Assembly: GCA_028534125.1 (NCBI GenBank)
Contig: CM052816.1
Span: 93,374,001-93,438,000, forward strand
From: Lama glama
Lineage: Eukaryota
Length of the DNA stretch: 64,000 bases
Direction of reading: 5' to 3'
Shown: positions 35,056 to 48,231 of the stretch, one piece after another
Layout of the letters: each line of letters begins with the position of its first letter
Position numbering within the stretch: the stretch's first letter is position 1
Notes under the pieces: model-generated
What the model was told of the DNA's origin: nothing
Databases searched by the model: none
Seen by the model: only the letters and a program-made list of their open reading frames with translations
Made by a program: the position numbers and the translations under genes

Positions 35056-38000
35056 ATCTGCCTTAGTCACTGCCCAGGGAGGAGGCTTTGAAACACAGGA
35101 AAGATGCTCAAAGGCAGTGGACAGCACGGATCTGACACACATTCACTACAAAGCGATAAGCTGTCACAAAGCCCGTGCCTCTACTCCAAGGGAGGAGGGC
35201 TGAGGCACTCAGCCATCAGTCAACAAAAGCCATGTCGAGTGGAGGCGCTGGTTAAAAGCTGAAGGGACACACAGCGGCGGCAAGAATTGACACCTGGCAA
35301 CAAAAGAGGAGGCAGGAGCAAAACAATTTGGTGTTGCTGAGGATGTTATGTGTAGAGGCAGACAGCCTGCTTATTCCAACCACCACTGAAAGTAGCAGAG
35401 AGGGGAGAGAGGTACCACGCCAAGTGCTCTGTTGCATGCTCGAAGCCACATCATCTAATCATCAGGACTGTGCTTTTGTTTTGCAAAAGAGGACAGAACA
35501 TCTTGAAGAACTGGATTAATTCAGTCTGGGTCCCATCGTTAAACTGTCAAGCAAGAATTTGATTCCACCTTTGTCTGGATTTGTGTATTTGCCCAGTATT
35601 ATCACGAGGCCTCACTGTTTAAGTCATAAAGTGTAAATAACTTGTTACAGGAAGGGATGCTTTTAACAATGGCCTTGGAAAAGCAAGGCTGCAATTCTAT
35701 ACCCTCTGTTATTTCTCCTACTCTCACAGAAGGGAGGACTCCTGGTAGGTAACAAGGGAGAAAACGGAGACGTTGTCGAACTAAAAATGAGGAGGAAAAA
35801 GAAAAAGTCCACCATCCAGGGAAGAGAAGTTTCTCCTTCTCTGTTTCTGAGTCCACAGCTATGAGCATCCTCGCTGGAGGAGTGAAGCGATACTAATCTG
35901 AGTCCGATAAGAAGCAACTTTATTGAGGACTCTTTTTATTGGGGGAGGGGAACTATGTTCCCTTTTCTCTTCTTTCAATTGGTACCATTAGGAAGGGGCC
36001 CAGATTGGGGCTGGGTTTGTCTTCTGCAAAGGAAGCAGAAGCTAGAAAACTGAAGTTACCCGAAACTGGCCCTGAGAACAGGCTCTGGGAGACCTAGTTC
36101 TGCAAACCTCTCTGGGCTTGAGGTGAAGACAACTTTGAAGTTTGAAAGTTGGCCGGTCCAGGTAAGCCTTCCTGTGCTGCCAGGACAGCCACTTGGCTGA
36201 AGTACCCAGGAACCTGGGAGCGATGGCAGATGTCAAAGCGGGTTCGGATTCAGAACAGAAGAACTTACCATCACCGTTGCTAACCTCCAGTTAAGAAAGT
36301 GGGAAAGGGTGAAACACATTTTAGAATAATCTCCCAACCATATGTTAAGTGAGTAAGAGGCAGGTAGGTGGAAAATTCCTGGATGTGGAATATTTTAATC
36401 ATCAATGGTGTCAGGGTACTGAACAAAGATCCCTGCTTTGATTGGCAGGAGACCCTTTTTAATCCCCGCTGTATCATTTCCTGTGTAATACTCATGACTT
36501 CTCCACCCACCCCATTCCTCTCCCTAAATGTACCTTAGTAGAAAATTTAGTATGAAGAGGAGATTGCATGTACCTTGGCCACTTCATCTCTTTTTTCTCT
36601 AGGAAATTGGCCTGTCCACCGAGATCCAGTGTTCTCCATCACTGCTGTCATCATCTTAATAGGGAAGGCCTGTCACTGGGGCTCAGGCCTGGAATCCAGG
36701 AGCCCTGTGATGGCTCAGATGTGAGTCAGCCCAGCTCTGGGATTCAGCATTAGAAATTCGCTTACACCAGACATAGACTATTTTACACCATATTAGCTGT
36801 ATCAGCAATACTGGCAATATTTTGCTTATCTGTCTCTCTTACTGCTTTGTCTTAATTTTAAGCTGATTCATAACTTGTCAAGAAAGTGGCATAGAATTTG
36901 CCAAATCCCCTTGAATCTAAATAATACCAAAAACATTCTTTCTTTATGCAGATTTTACTTTGAGATGATTTTCTGTAAACTTAGAGACATTAAAGAAAAA
37001 AGAAAAGAAAGATATTTTTGTTGTTCTTTGTGGACAATATGTAGAATGATTTGTTTTCTTTTTAAAGGTTAGCCCACTTACATAGGATTTTATTTTTTTA
37101 TTCAATATTCAGAACTCTTAACTGCATGTGTAGGAACTAATTTATAAGCCCAATTATAATACTGTTCTTGGATAATAAAAAGTGTATATAGCCTGTTATT
37201 TCACCAAATCATGGATCTTTAGAACACTCTAGACAAACTAATATATTTTTACAAATTCATTGAATAGTTATAATTTAAAGGGTCTATGATCTAGAGTAGG
37301 TTGTGCAAAGCTAGAACTTGTTATTATTTAGTTTCTTAAACATTTTGTATATTTGTGGAAAGGATATTTTAAAAAATCACCCATCATCTCATTGCCCAAA
37401 GGGGATCACTGCTAACATGTTGGCATATGTAACCTCCTAGGCTGTGTTTGATATAATGAATGCACAACACACATACAGCACACAATACACACACACACAC
37501 AACACTGTCTTATTTTCCAGAGAGAGAAATTGAATCCCAAAGAAGTTGTGACTAGATTAAATCAACTGTTTTTGTCAATGCGAGACAAAAATCAGAGCCT
37601 TTACAGCAGTTTTAAAAATGGCTCAAGAAATTCTTCCCAGTAAGATTCCTTTAAGTATTGAAGGATCAGTGGATTGGCATTAGCTATTTTAAAAGTGCTA
37701 GCTGGAAGTCTGTTTTGACTAGCTGCTCTCCAAGACTCCTCATTAAAATGATAAACGCCAGAAGGAGGATGATGACTTAGTGAAGGCTCTAGGAGATAAA
37801 GGTAAATCTCACCAGGATTAACACATTTTGGAGAACCACGCACTGCTGCTGGCAAAGATGCAGCTCACCATCAGAGACAAACTGCAAAGGGACTGCCATT
37901 TCCCAAAAGAACAAAGGGTGAGAGGAAATCTAGACTAAATTAGACCAATTGGGAATCGCCATCTTACACGACATCTGACGGAGAAGTCCATGTGGAAAAT

Positions 38001-38639
38001 ATGCTATTGCCAGATGCAGAATTATTTTATAACATCCATTTTTCAGTTGGATCAGGATATTAAAAATGCTATACTTGAGCCTGACCATGTGCAGTTTGGA
38101 GCCGGCATGTGTACACAATTCCATCTCCTCAAAGTCTGCTTCCTCACCGCACTGAGGGTTGAGTCTCTAAACCGCTTTAAATGTGATAATTATAGGCAAG
38201 GAACTGTAGATTCAGAGGAGGAAACACAAACATATCATAATTTGATTATATTTTTTTTCCTACAGAATTCAATGTGCTTTCTAAGTATTGCAATTAAAAA
38301 GAAACTTTTTGCCATACATTAAAATTTTCATAGTTATAGTTCGATTTTAAATAGACAATGTTTCAAAGATACTTGAGGTCTTTATAATGGTCATTTATTG
38401 GCCTTAATTTGGATGTTGAGCATTCATTTTCTGGAAGCTAATTGCTCCAAACATTATTTCAAGGCTTATCTGCTGGTTTGGCCATGGGCAGCAGACATAA
38501 TGTATCCTGGGTTCATTAAGAAGAATTATTCTCTTCCTCCAGGGCTGTAGCATCTTTAATGGGCATTTTGATATGAATGCAATAAAAAGTGGACCAAATA
38601 ATCTGACACAGAATTCAATGACGAATGACATTTTGATCA

Positions 38640-38817
38640 ATTATTAACACATATATAATTTTGAAAAACACTTATTTTTCTTATAATATTTATAAAAGAA
38701 ATACATAGTTATGATTGGGAGAATACAGAAAAAAAAAAAGCCTCCCATGAGAAACTTTAGTCATGAATGGTCACTACTTCTGATCACCACTGGCATCCGT
38801 CTAGCTTTCTGGGGAAG

Positions 38818-38850
<33 letters not shown>

Positions 38851-39620
38851 TAAACATACACAAATAAGTTTATGGTCCACACTGTTTATAACTTTCAACT
38901 CATCCTTTATAATGTGATTATTTATTCATGTCATCAAATATTCTTTTAAAACATAAATTTTAATGGATGACAAATATTCCTTGTTATGGATACTTCATCA
39001 TATTTACTAATAAATAATTGTTTATATCTTTGATTATTTCCTCCCAATATATTCCCAGAAATAGGATTAGGAATGCAAACATTGTATACATTTGTAAGAT
39101 TTTTTTGATGAGTATTGGCATATTTCCTATTAAAAAATGTGGCAGGTCACATTTTCACCAGTGGCATATAAATATCTGATTTTTCATAACCTCGTTAATA
39201 CTGAATAGTATCAGAAAAATAATTGCTTCTATGATGGGCTAAAATGGCGCTGGTGTTTAAAGTCCTTGTTTTTGTTTTGCATGTCAGTTGAACTCAGAAA
39301 TATTTTCATTGTAGGTGTGTATTTTGTCTTTCGTGCATCAGCTTTTCACATTTTGCCAGTTTTCCTACTGGCATATCCGCCTCTTTTTCCCTATGGAAGA
39401 GCAGCTTTTGTGTTAGGGATAATGACCCACTGTCTGTTATTTACGGTGTACCGACCTCCTTCCGGTGTGTGCTTTTCGGATCTTGCTTTTGGCAGCTTTC
39501 GTTGCACACACATTTAAAATCTTTATGTGATCAAGGCCATCAATCTATTACTTTATGCTCTCTTTCTCTATTTCTATGCTTGGAAATGCTTTCCTTACTC
39601 TGAGAGTGATATTTATCTGG
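38640..39620 (-). mobile_element. Highly decayed L1ME-type fragment
   Basis: 'ttaatggatgacaaatattcc', 'atattcccagaaataggattagg', 'ttcaccagtggcatata', 'tgcttggaaatgctttccttactctgag'. Confidence 0.65.
38825..38848. repeat. (CA)n microsatellite
   Basis: Direct CA run. Confidence 0.95.
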
Positions 39621-41864
39621 AACAACACATAAAACATTGCTTTACAACTGTCACTGTTTTCAGTGGTTCTCTTTGGGAAGGGCTTGCGGAAGCGAGCAAG
39701 GTGCAGTAGGGAAGGTGGAGGAGGAGCTGTGAGGGGCTGAGGAGTGAGATGCCCGTGAGACTTTCACTTCTGACTGTGCTGCTAAGGTTCCTGCTCTTTC
39801 TATTAATTACAAGCAGTGGAGACTGATGAGAGGAAGGAAGAACAAGTCAGCGGGCTCTGCATGATCGTCCTTTGGGACGACTGGGAAGATGGGCAGCATC
39901 TATCACAGTTGTGATCTCTTTCTGCCAAGCCTCTTGGGCCCCATCCCTCCTAGGGAGCCTGGGGTCTTTGTTGGCCCTTCTGCTTGCTTCTTATCTGGCT
40001 AGAAATGGAGGGGGTTCCCCAGGGGGAGAGCCAATGAGAGGTGCACAGAGCACAAGGGAGCATCCTGAGTTGGGCTGTTTGTGAGAGAAGAAGTCATACT
40101 TCCGTGTCTCCCACCCATCGTTACCTGCCTATCTTTCTCCTTTTCCAGAGTCAAAAATTAAAACATGCACTCAGATGTTTAATTCACAGTAAGGGATACA
40201 GCCCTCTTGTGAGCTTTCATGTGAATGAGGGACAGTCATTCAAGAATGACATTTAAAGGATCAACCAGAAGGCACTGGGAGATCTGAGTGCTCTGGAACT
40301 TGAGTCCTGAGGCAGTCACAATCTGTGCCTCCCTACGAGGCTGGCTTTGTCATCCTGACTCGTCCCCGCAGAATCCATCAAGGCAAGTAAGCTTTGATCT
40401 TGGCAGCCGTGATCAGAGCTCTTTGTGCTATGGGAGTTATTGCTGGGATTATACACATAATCACTAGAGAAAATGAGAATTGGAGAACAGAACCATGTTA
40501 AAGAGTAAATATGTCACCTTTTATTTCCCTTAAAGAGCTGAGGTCTTAAATTATGAATTCAGCTCTACAGTGAGAGCAAGTGAGCACCTTTGAAGGAGAT
40601 TGTCCTGTTCCTGTTGTTTTGAGTTAGGATGAGGCACAGGTTTGAGACTGGGTAGGGTCACAGGGAAGGGACATGGAAGGAGGTGGGGCGAATCTATATC
40701 TGTCAGAATCTGATATTAAACATAAAGATAAATAATAAGTAAATAAAGCATACAAATGTTTCCCCATGTGTCTGTATCTGTTCATTCATCTAGTTCATCA
40801 GAGGACAGACCTTCACTGCAGTTGAAGTGTATGTTTGGAATGGTCTGATTCAAAATACAGGCTCCTTAGAGAGGGATAAATTCACCTTGGGGCTCCAGCA
40901 TGGGTCGCCCTTCACAGACTCTGATGGTGGTGAAACTTCCTACAGCTGCTGAGCGGGTGTGGCCATCCCAGGGTACATGGGGGGGGTCATCATTGAATTT
41001 CTTGATAGTTCCCTTGATTTCTGATTCCGATCTCTGCTGTAGTCAACGTCCTGGGTGAGGGTAAAGACTGAGGCGGTAAGTCAACAAGCAGACCTCTGCT
41101 GGGCACCAGAGGGGAGGCACGTGCCTTCTGCTTTCCAGGAGTGATAACTGGAGAGTAGAAAGATGAGACATGCAACTGCATAATTTATTACACATATTGA
41201 TTTGACCTGAGGAAGCGGGGAAGCTATAGGTCAGCAGAACCCAGAAGCTTTCCAAGAACAGACTCCTGATCCCTTTCATACATAATTTATCTTCTTCCCC
41301 TTTATGTCTTCATTCTTTTCTGTGGCTCAAAACCTCCATTGTCCTCCCTGACCTCTCTCCACGGTTGAGCTGACCAGAGTATTAGAACTCTGTTTCTAAT
41401 TACTGTTTATTTAATTTACATGTGGATTCCTTATTGTAATATCATTATCATAATGTAAGACCACTGTTATCAGGGTAACATAGGATGGAGTAAACAAACT
41501 CTAAACTAGCCCTAAACTTATAACGTTACTTAGCTAGCAGCCCACTATTCTTCACTCACCTCACTTGCTTTCGTGGTCCCAAGAATGCAAACTATTTCCC
41601 AGCTCTGCATGTTTTCTCTCTTTGTTTTTTCTCTCTGTCTTGACATAACCTGTCTCATCTGTACGGTTTCCCTTGAAATTATTAATTTAACTCTTCAATG
41701 CCTTCCACTCTCTACCATAAAGCAGTATACAGTATTTCTCAAAATTTGCTTTGTATTGGAATCATTTCTGGGAGTAGTACCAAGGTTCAGTATTTCTTGC
41801 AGATTTTCAGTTGATTTAAGTGGGAGTCTATTTGGGGGGGAGGGCAGTGGACCAGAGCATTGCT

Positions 41865-42005
41865 AGTCAAAGTGTGCACCTCGCTGTCCGGATGGGCATC
41901 GCTGGAGCTTATTAGAGGCACAGAATCTCAGGCTCCGCCCCTGTCCTGTAGAGTCCGGATCTGCAGTTAAATAAGATCACACACACTGATGTTTGAGAAG
42001 ACTAA
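41865..42005. mobile_element. MER5A MITE
   Basis: 'ggagcttattagaggcacagaatctcaggctccgccc...ggatctgcagttaaataagatc...gtttgagaag'. Confidence 0.8.
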
Positions 42006-42669
42006 AGACTCTCTCCAATCAATATGTCACTACTGCAGTGTCTTCCTTTCCATCCTTTTCAGTCAACAGGAAGCCAAACAAGGTTAGGCTTCTTAGCTTG
42101 TTACAATGTGGGAAAGTGCACATCCCAGTAACCGTGGGGCATGTAGGTAAAAGGGAGCTGGAAGAAGCTTATTACGGGATTTGGGGTTGTTCTGTATGAT
42201 TTTAAGAGCGGTGGGCTGGAGCCCACTCTACTCCTCTCCCTCTCCTCTTGGGTGAAAATGACCAAGACCCGATCACCGAATCACTCCCCCCTCGCCTTCC
42301 TGATAGCACCCAATCCAGAACTAGGCTCTGCTTTCTTGGGCTTTTCTTAAAGGGAAAGACTTTTTGGCGTATACAACACAGTGCTGTATGTAGGTCAGGA
42401 AGTGGAAGAGCCTGGATGTTTATGAGCACTTTAGTATTTTTTGTAGCATGAAACTAATGACCAACCATGTCACACGGCTGACTAATATTAAGTTGTATAA
42501 CATGGTACTGTAAAGGCTTTATTTTTTTTGTAGCAATAACGTAAGACATTAAACACTGTTCCTGACTATTCTTCTTCTGACCTGAATGTCTGGAATCCAA
42601 AAGGACTTTGCCAACCTGAACCAACACTGCTGAGCAAGCTGGTGGCCTCCCTGTGTCTTCCTCCACTCC

Positions 42670-42870
42670 AAGGAGGGGAGAGTGCCGGTTGCCAGGGGCT
42701 GGGAGGAGCCGGAGCAAGCAGTTGCTGATCAATGGGTACTAAGTTTCGATTTTGCAGGATGAATAAGTTCCAGAAAACTGCTGTACAATATTGTTCCCAT
42801 AGTTACAAATTCAAGAAGGTAGATCTCGTGCTTACTGTTCTTACCACCATGTACTAGAAGTAAAAACAAA
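42670..42870 (+). mobile_element. L1MA9/L1MB-type 3' end fragment
   Basis: 'ggttgccaggggctgggagg...aatgggtactaagtttc...gatgaataagttccag...gtagatctcgtgcttactgttcttaccac'. Confidence 0.85.
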
Positions 42871-43218
42871 TGAAAGAGATTTGGAAAGAGGGGGAGGAGT
42901 CTTCAGGAAGAGAACGTTTTGGAGAGAGTTCAGAGTGTTCGAGTATGGGGAGTCACCCTTCTCTCTCTCCACTGAGAGGAGATCACTGGACATATTTCCT
43001 CTAAAGACTATGGTGTTTCTGAATGTAGGGCCTGAGGTCCATCTTCACCTGGTGGTTGTTCCTGTACCTGTAGACAGTCTCCAGTGACATCAGGGAAATC
43101 TCTTACCAAGGAGACAGCAAAGTGTCAGAGCTGCTTAGGAGAGGGCCACAGCCGTCACTGGACCCCATCGCCTACCTATTTTCTGTGACTACTGGATTGA
43201 CAAGACAGGGAATCCTAG

Positions 43219-43232
43219 GTTTCCATGGCAAC
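43219..43232. promoter_or_regulatory. Candidate RFX X-box (GTTTCCATGGCAAC)
   Basis: Near-perfect match to the palindromic RFX site GTTGCCATGGCAAC (13/14); function not shown. Confidence 0.45.
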
Positions 43233-44734
43233 AGATTAGCTGGAGCAGGTCTGCATCTCCAGGCAGCCTTCACCGAACTTTGTGAAAGACCGAAGGATCC
43301 CATCCCAAGGCCTTGGGTGGACCTCTGCTAGGGGTGAGGAGCTGGCCACACCAAGTCACCTGTATAGACCCTCGAGGTTAGAAGCTTTCATAGGCAGTGC
43401 TGGTTAAGGGCCTTGGGGTAAAGTCTCCACCATCAAACATTACATCAGGCAAGAAAGACAGCCCTGACACCCTAGGTCTCCGCAGCTGGACATCACCTGA
43501 AAAGTGATTGTGCCCCAGATGTGCAACTTCACCTCTCCTGCAAAGGCTAACTCCCTCTCTTCCTTTCTACCAGGAGTCCAAGAAATTAGATAGAAGCCCA
43601 GGAGCAGAGGGAGGGGAGGAAGAAGCTAGTGAGCAGCTGGCCGTTAATGGTGGAGAAAGACGCTGCTTCCTGGTCAGGTGTAGGCAACGCCACAGCAGCC
43701 CTTCAGTGCCGATGGCGCACCACTCGAGCACCACCGAGACCCAGTGCCAGCTTGTCCGCGTACACAATATGCAGGGCTCATAGGCCATGCTGAACCAGCT
43801 TTCAGGCTGACTAACCATCTGATACTCAAGCCCATAATTCTTTATATTGCTCACGAAACTATGCAGTTTTTGTCAAAACTCTTCCTGAAATCAAGACCTG
43901 ATATTTCAAGAGAGAGCGATAAGGCTGATGTATTATTCTTTAACGCCTCTAGATCCCAAGCATTCCCCCTTCCTTTGCTGAGTGCTTTTACAAATCACTT
44001 AAAGGCTATCTTACCAGGGACTTGGACATTGATGATTACAGCTGCAATTGCTGTTTTGATGTTCTGGGCATTTTCCTGTTATGCAACTTGATTTACCATC
44101 AAACCTCTAGGTGGGGATAGAGTCCCAGAAACTCTTGGTTAGACTTTTAGCCAGGCTGGGAGACTCAGAATCAGGTTCTGGGCTAAAGGACCCAGTGGAA
44201 GGTGTGGAAGGTGTGGCTGGGGGAGGGTGTTCTAGTTGTGGCCGGAATTTGCACCATGCTTCATATTCTGGAGCTCGCTAGAGGCCATCTCTCCGCTTCT
44301 GCCTCCACTCTTGTCCCCTTTTTGGTTTCTTTTTCACCAAGATGTTTGTGATGATATATATGTGGTTTCATTTTCAAATGTTTTCCATGGTCTTTCAGCT
44401 GTGTTTCTTTTTAGAGTCCTTGCAATGGACCAATTTGCTCTACTTGGGTTTTTTTGAAATCTATTTTTAACTAAAGCCTATGGAACATCTGATGATTCTC
44501 AGTGTTCCCTTTCTTTTCCTTTTTCTTCTTTAAATTAAAAAACCCCTGTTTCTGGTCTAATGGAGTGATTTGTAAATCCTCCACCTCCCCACATCACATG
44601 GAGTCAGAAGATCACAGAAGTATAGAGTATTTTAATTTTATTATTATATATCATTAATTGTTATGCCTTCTAAAAGAGAATTTTCTCCCACCAAATCATA
44701 TTCTCGTGAAGCTGAAAAGTCCCAGAGGCTTTTT

Positions 44735-44965
44735 AGAATGTGGAATTTGAAAGTCTGGACTCTGGGGCTCAGCTGCATGGTTTCAATGACCAGCTCCACT
44801 TTGTGCCAGCTGCATGATTTTGGGGGAAGTACCATTATCTCTCTACATGCCAGTTTCAATGGCTGTAAAACAGGAGCAAAACAGCACCTCAACCATCAAC
44901 TTAACAAGCTAGGAGTAGTAAATGAGTTATTCTATTGAAAGCATTTAGAGAAGTGACTGGCAAAA
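44735..44965 (+). mobile_element. MIR
   Basis: 'ctgcatggtttcaatgaccagctccact...ccagtttcaatggctgtaaaacaggag...gaaagcatttagagaagtgactggca'. Confidence 0.8.
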
Positions 44966-44984
44966 CCAAGCATACCATTGATAT

Positions 44985-45700
44985 ATCCTGTAAATGTGTG
45001 TTGAGTGCCTGCTAGATCTCAGACACCATTCTAGGTACTAGTAAAAAATAAATGCTTATATATCTTAACTAGCACTAATCGCTATGAAGAATAGTAATGG
45101 AGTTGGAAAGGAGATAATATACCTGCATATTCATATGAGGGATTTATCTTAGGGAATCGGCTGATACATCTGTAGAACTGTGAGGGCTGGCAAATCTGAA
45201 CTCCATGCCACAGCCTGGAAACTCAGGCAGGAGTTGATGTCAGACTTAAATCCAAAGTTTGTAGGGCAACTAGGCAGGCTAGAAACTCAGGCAGGGTTTT
45301 TATATTATAGTTTTGAGGCAGAATTCTTTCTTCTCTGGGAAACCTCAGCTTTTGCCCTTAAGGCCTTCAACTGATTGGATGAGGCCCACCCACATTATCA
45401 AGAATAATCTTTATTTAAAGTCAACTGACTGTAGACATTAATCACATCTACGAAATGCCTTCATACAGCAACATCTAGACTAGTGGCTGATCAAACAACT
45501 AGACACTATAGCCTAGCCAAGCTGGCTCATTAAAGTAACCATCACAGGAAAGATATGTGATCTCTGTTAGAGAGTCATCAGTGAGTTCTCTGAGGAGGTG
45601 GCACGTGACCTGAGATCCAAAGAAAGCTGGAAGAGGGAGCATGCAGACACTGGGGACAAATAACCAGAGAGGGGGGCAGCCTGTACAAAGACCTTGAGAG
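44985..45700 (-). mobile_element. L2 fragment split by an MLT2 LTR
   Basis: 'ttgagtgcctgctagatctcagacaccattctaggtact' left of the LTR; 'ttctctgaggaggtggcacgtgacctgagatcc...cagcctgtacaaagaccttgag' right of it. Confidence 0.7.
45105..45546 (-). mobile_element. ERVL LTR, MLT2B-like
   Basis: 'gggctggcaaatctgaa...cttaaggccttcaactgattggatgaggcccacccacattat...ctagccaagctggctcattaaagtaaccatcaca'. Confidence 0.92.
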
Positions 45701-48231
45701 GAGAGAATCTTATTTGCAAGGATCTAGCACCTTCTTATGCTTTGATAACAACTTTACACTTTTTTGTAATTCCGTGATTTCTCTTAAAATCTGTAAGTTT
45801 ATACTTTAAGCCTTTTGGTTGTTTAAAATGCCTTACTGCAAGTACCACATAAAAAGGGTAAAATGATGACATATGATGACTTACGAAGTCCAACCCCTCA
45901 GCACCGCGATGGTGCCCCCAGCATCGTTCACTTACTTTGGTTCTGCCACAGAAAGTTTTATTTCACCCTGAATTCCAGACACAGTATATCTGTTTTTAAA
46001 AAGTGATAAAACAAGAAATCAAACTTGTGTGACTTTCCACGGTTGTTACAATGTGTCAAGAATCCTTGCAAATGCACAGCGCACAGCCGGCGCCTGAGTG
46101 TGCACATGTTCCAGGCCCCCACACACGCGTCCCTCCTCCTCCTGATCTGATAAACGCCTACAGTCAGGTGACTCTAAGATGGCCTTTTCTGTGGTCTTAA
46201 ATGACCTCATGTGTTCCGAAAAGAGAGCTCTTGCTGGTCCTTTAATTTTTTGGCTCAGAATATATCGCAGATTTAGACGTGTGTTCCCAGGGATGATGCT
46301 GAAGACTGGGCTCTTTCTTGCTGTTGTTGTTTAAACTGAGGGACTGTTTAACTTCCGTAGGATTTCTGCGGCTGAGGCGCTGAGCTTTCTGCCCGTTTGG
46401 ATTTTTTTTTATGTCTGTTCAGCTTGATTTGCCTGTGAGGTATTGTGGTTCTAGGCTCTGAGGGTCAGCTCTGAGCCCTGGGAAATTCAAAAAAAGGGAT
46501 AAACAATTGTCGGGACCTGTCCTATTTTGTGTGGTGTGTAACCTTTCACATTATTCTAATAATAATGCCATTTATGACGGTAGCCTTCTGTGAACTTTCA
46601 AAAAGTGGTTATAATAAAATTGTGACCTGGATTTTAGATAGCGCCTTTAACTTTGAATTGTGTAACAATATATCAGGGCCAATGAGAAACTGAAACAAAG
46701 TTTTCTCTCCCTCTTGAGAACCCAACTTTGATATTAATGCTTTGTGTTCACACTGAGTTAAAATCTGTACAATTCTGGGAAACAGAACACATGTTGGGAA
46801 AAAAAAAAAGAAAGGTTATCTCATGGGATTTTTTTTTTTTTCTGGGTGAGGTCTACAGCTTAATTTTGTTTTTCCAAAGGGTTGGAGATGGTACCCACTG
46901 GAGCTTACCTGGACAAGCACTCCAAACCATCTGAAATTACCCCTTCAACTTGAAATGACCCCTTCAGCATCTTTTGCTTTAGATACCTGGAAGCTGATTT
47001 TCCCTCCGAGGCAACAGGATATGTTGAGGTTTTAAAGCAGGGCTCCTCTGATGCTGTCGAATTGCAGTGACCATCCACATCGCTTCTGCATTTGTTAACG
47101 TTTCACAGACTCGTCTCAGTAGCATCGAAACAACAAATCGGTAGAACTTGTTGATGTTGAACATTATTCGATTAGTTTTCAAAATATCTTTAGGACGGCA
47201 TCAAACTCACCTTTATCTTCCCTATTTTGTCAGTTTGATACTGGCTGTCAGAGCTGCCCTGCATTTTTCAACGAGATCGATTGATCTGCCTCCAAGACTT
47301 GTATTATCTTTAGTCCCATCAATTATGCCCTCCGTGATGTTCCCAGCTGCTTTGTGATTGGGCAAACATGCCTTACGGATGCTTCTTTCCTAAGCTCACC
47401 TAGTGTCCCTAGGAAGGCCATGCTCACAATTAATAATAATTCCCTTCACATCCAGTAGCTCATTGGGCACTTGAGATATGTGGCATTCTGTGAAATAAAA
47501 TGTACTTCTTTGCCATTTCTCGTTAATTCTCACAGGAGCTCTGGAATGATTTCCTCTGAATTTTTTTTGGTAAATATTGAGATCATGTTTCTTCTTCCAA
47601 GTCCTGCTTTTAAGAGAAAGCTGAGTAAGTAGACTAAGACTCGGAAGCCTAAATCACAACCTCTAATTTAATATTTCCAGGAAAATTGCCACCTCTTCAT
47701 TTTAACTGGAGTCACAAATCCATATTTCTTCTCTCTCTTTTCTCCTAAGTTTGACAAGAATGGCTCTCTCCAAACTCAGCCGGTAGTAAGCCAAACCTCC
47801 TGAAGGAAATTATAGTGGGAACAGGAGGGGAAGTGTGACAGTTATCAGCTCACAATATGACAAGGGCATCCATCACGTCTGCTTTTAGGCCCAGGGTCTG
47901 GGGAGAGGAAAAAAGCAATACAGCAAATAAAAGTGCAGGAGGGCTTGATTGACATAACAGTAAGCACAGTGGTCGTTAACCTCTGACTGGACCCCGTCCC
48001 CTTTGTCCTCCTCACACCTGAGCTGTCAGCAGGTGCCTCCCTGCGCCCGAGGTAGGTGCAAAGCTCTGCTCCATCAACTGCTTTTTGGAGTTCTCTTTTA
48101 TTATTTTTTCTTTTATTTTCTGCTCAATAAGAACTTTTTTTTAAATTCTATTTGGTGTGACATTTAATCACAGCAAATAGTTATTCAAGGATATGCTGCT
48201 GTAATGAAGTTTTTCTCCATTTTAATCTTAA

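Noticed and set aside
41101..41120. CTCF-like motif 'gcaccagaggggaggc'
   Set aside because: Lacks the conserved GGC at the core 3' positions; weak match.
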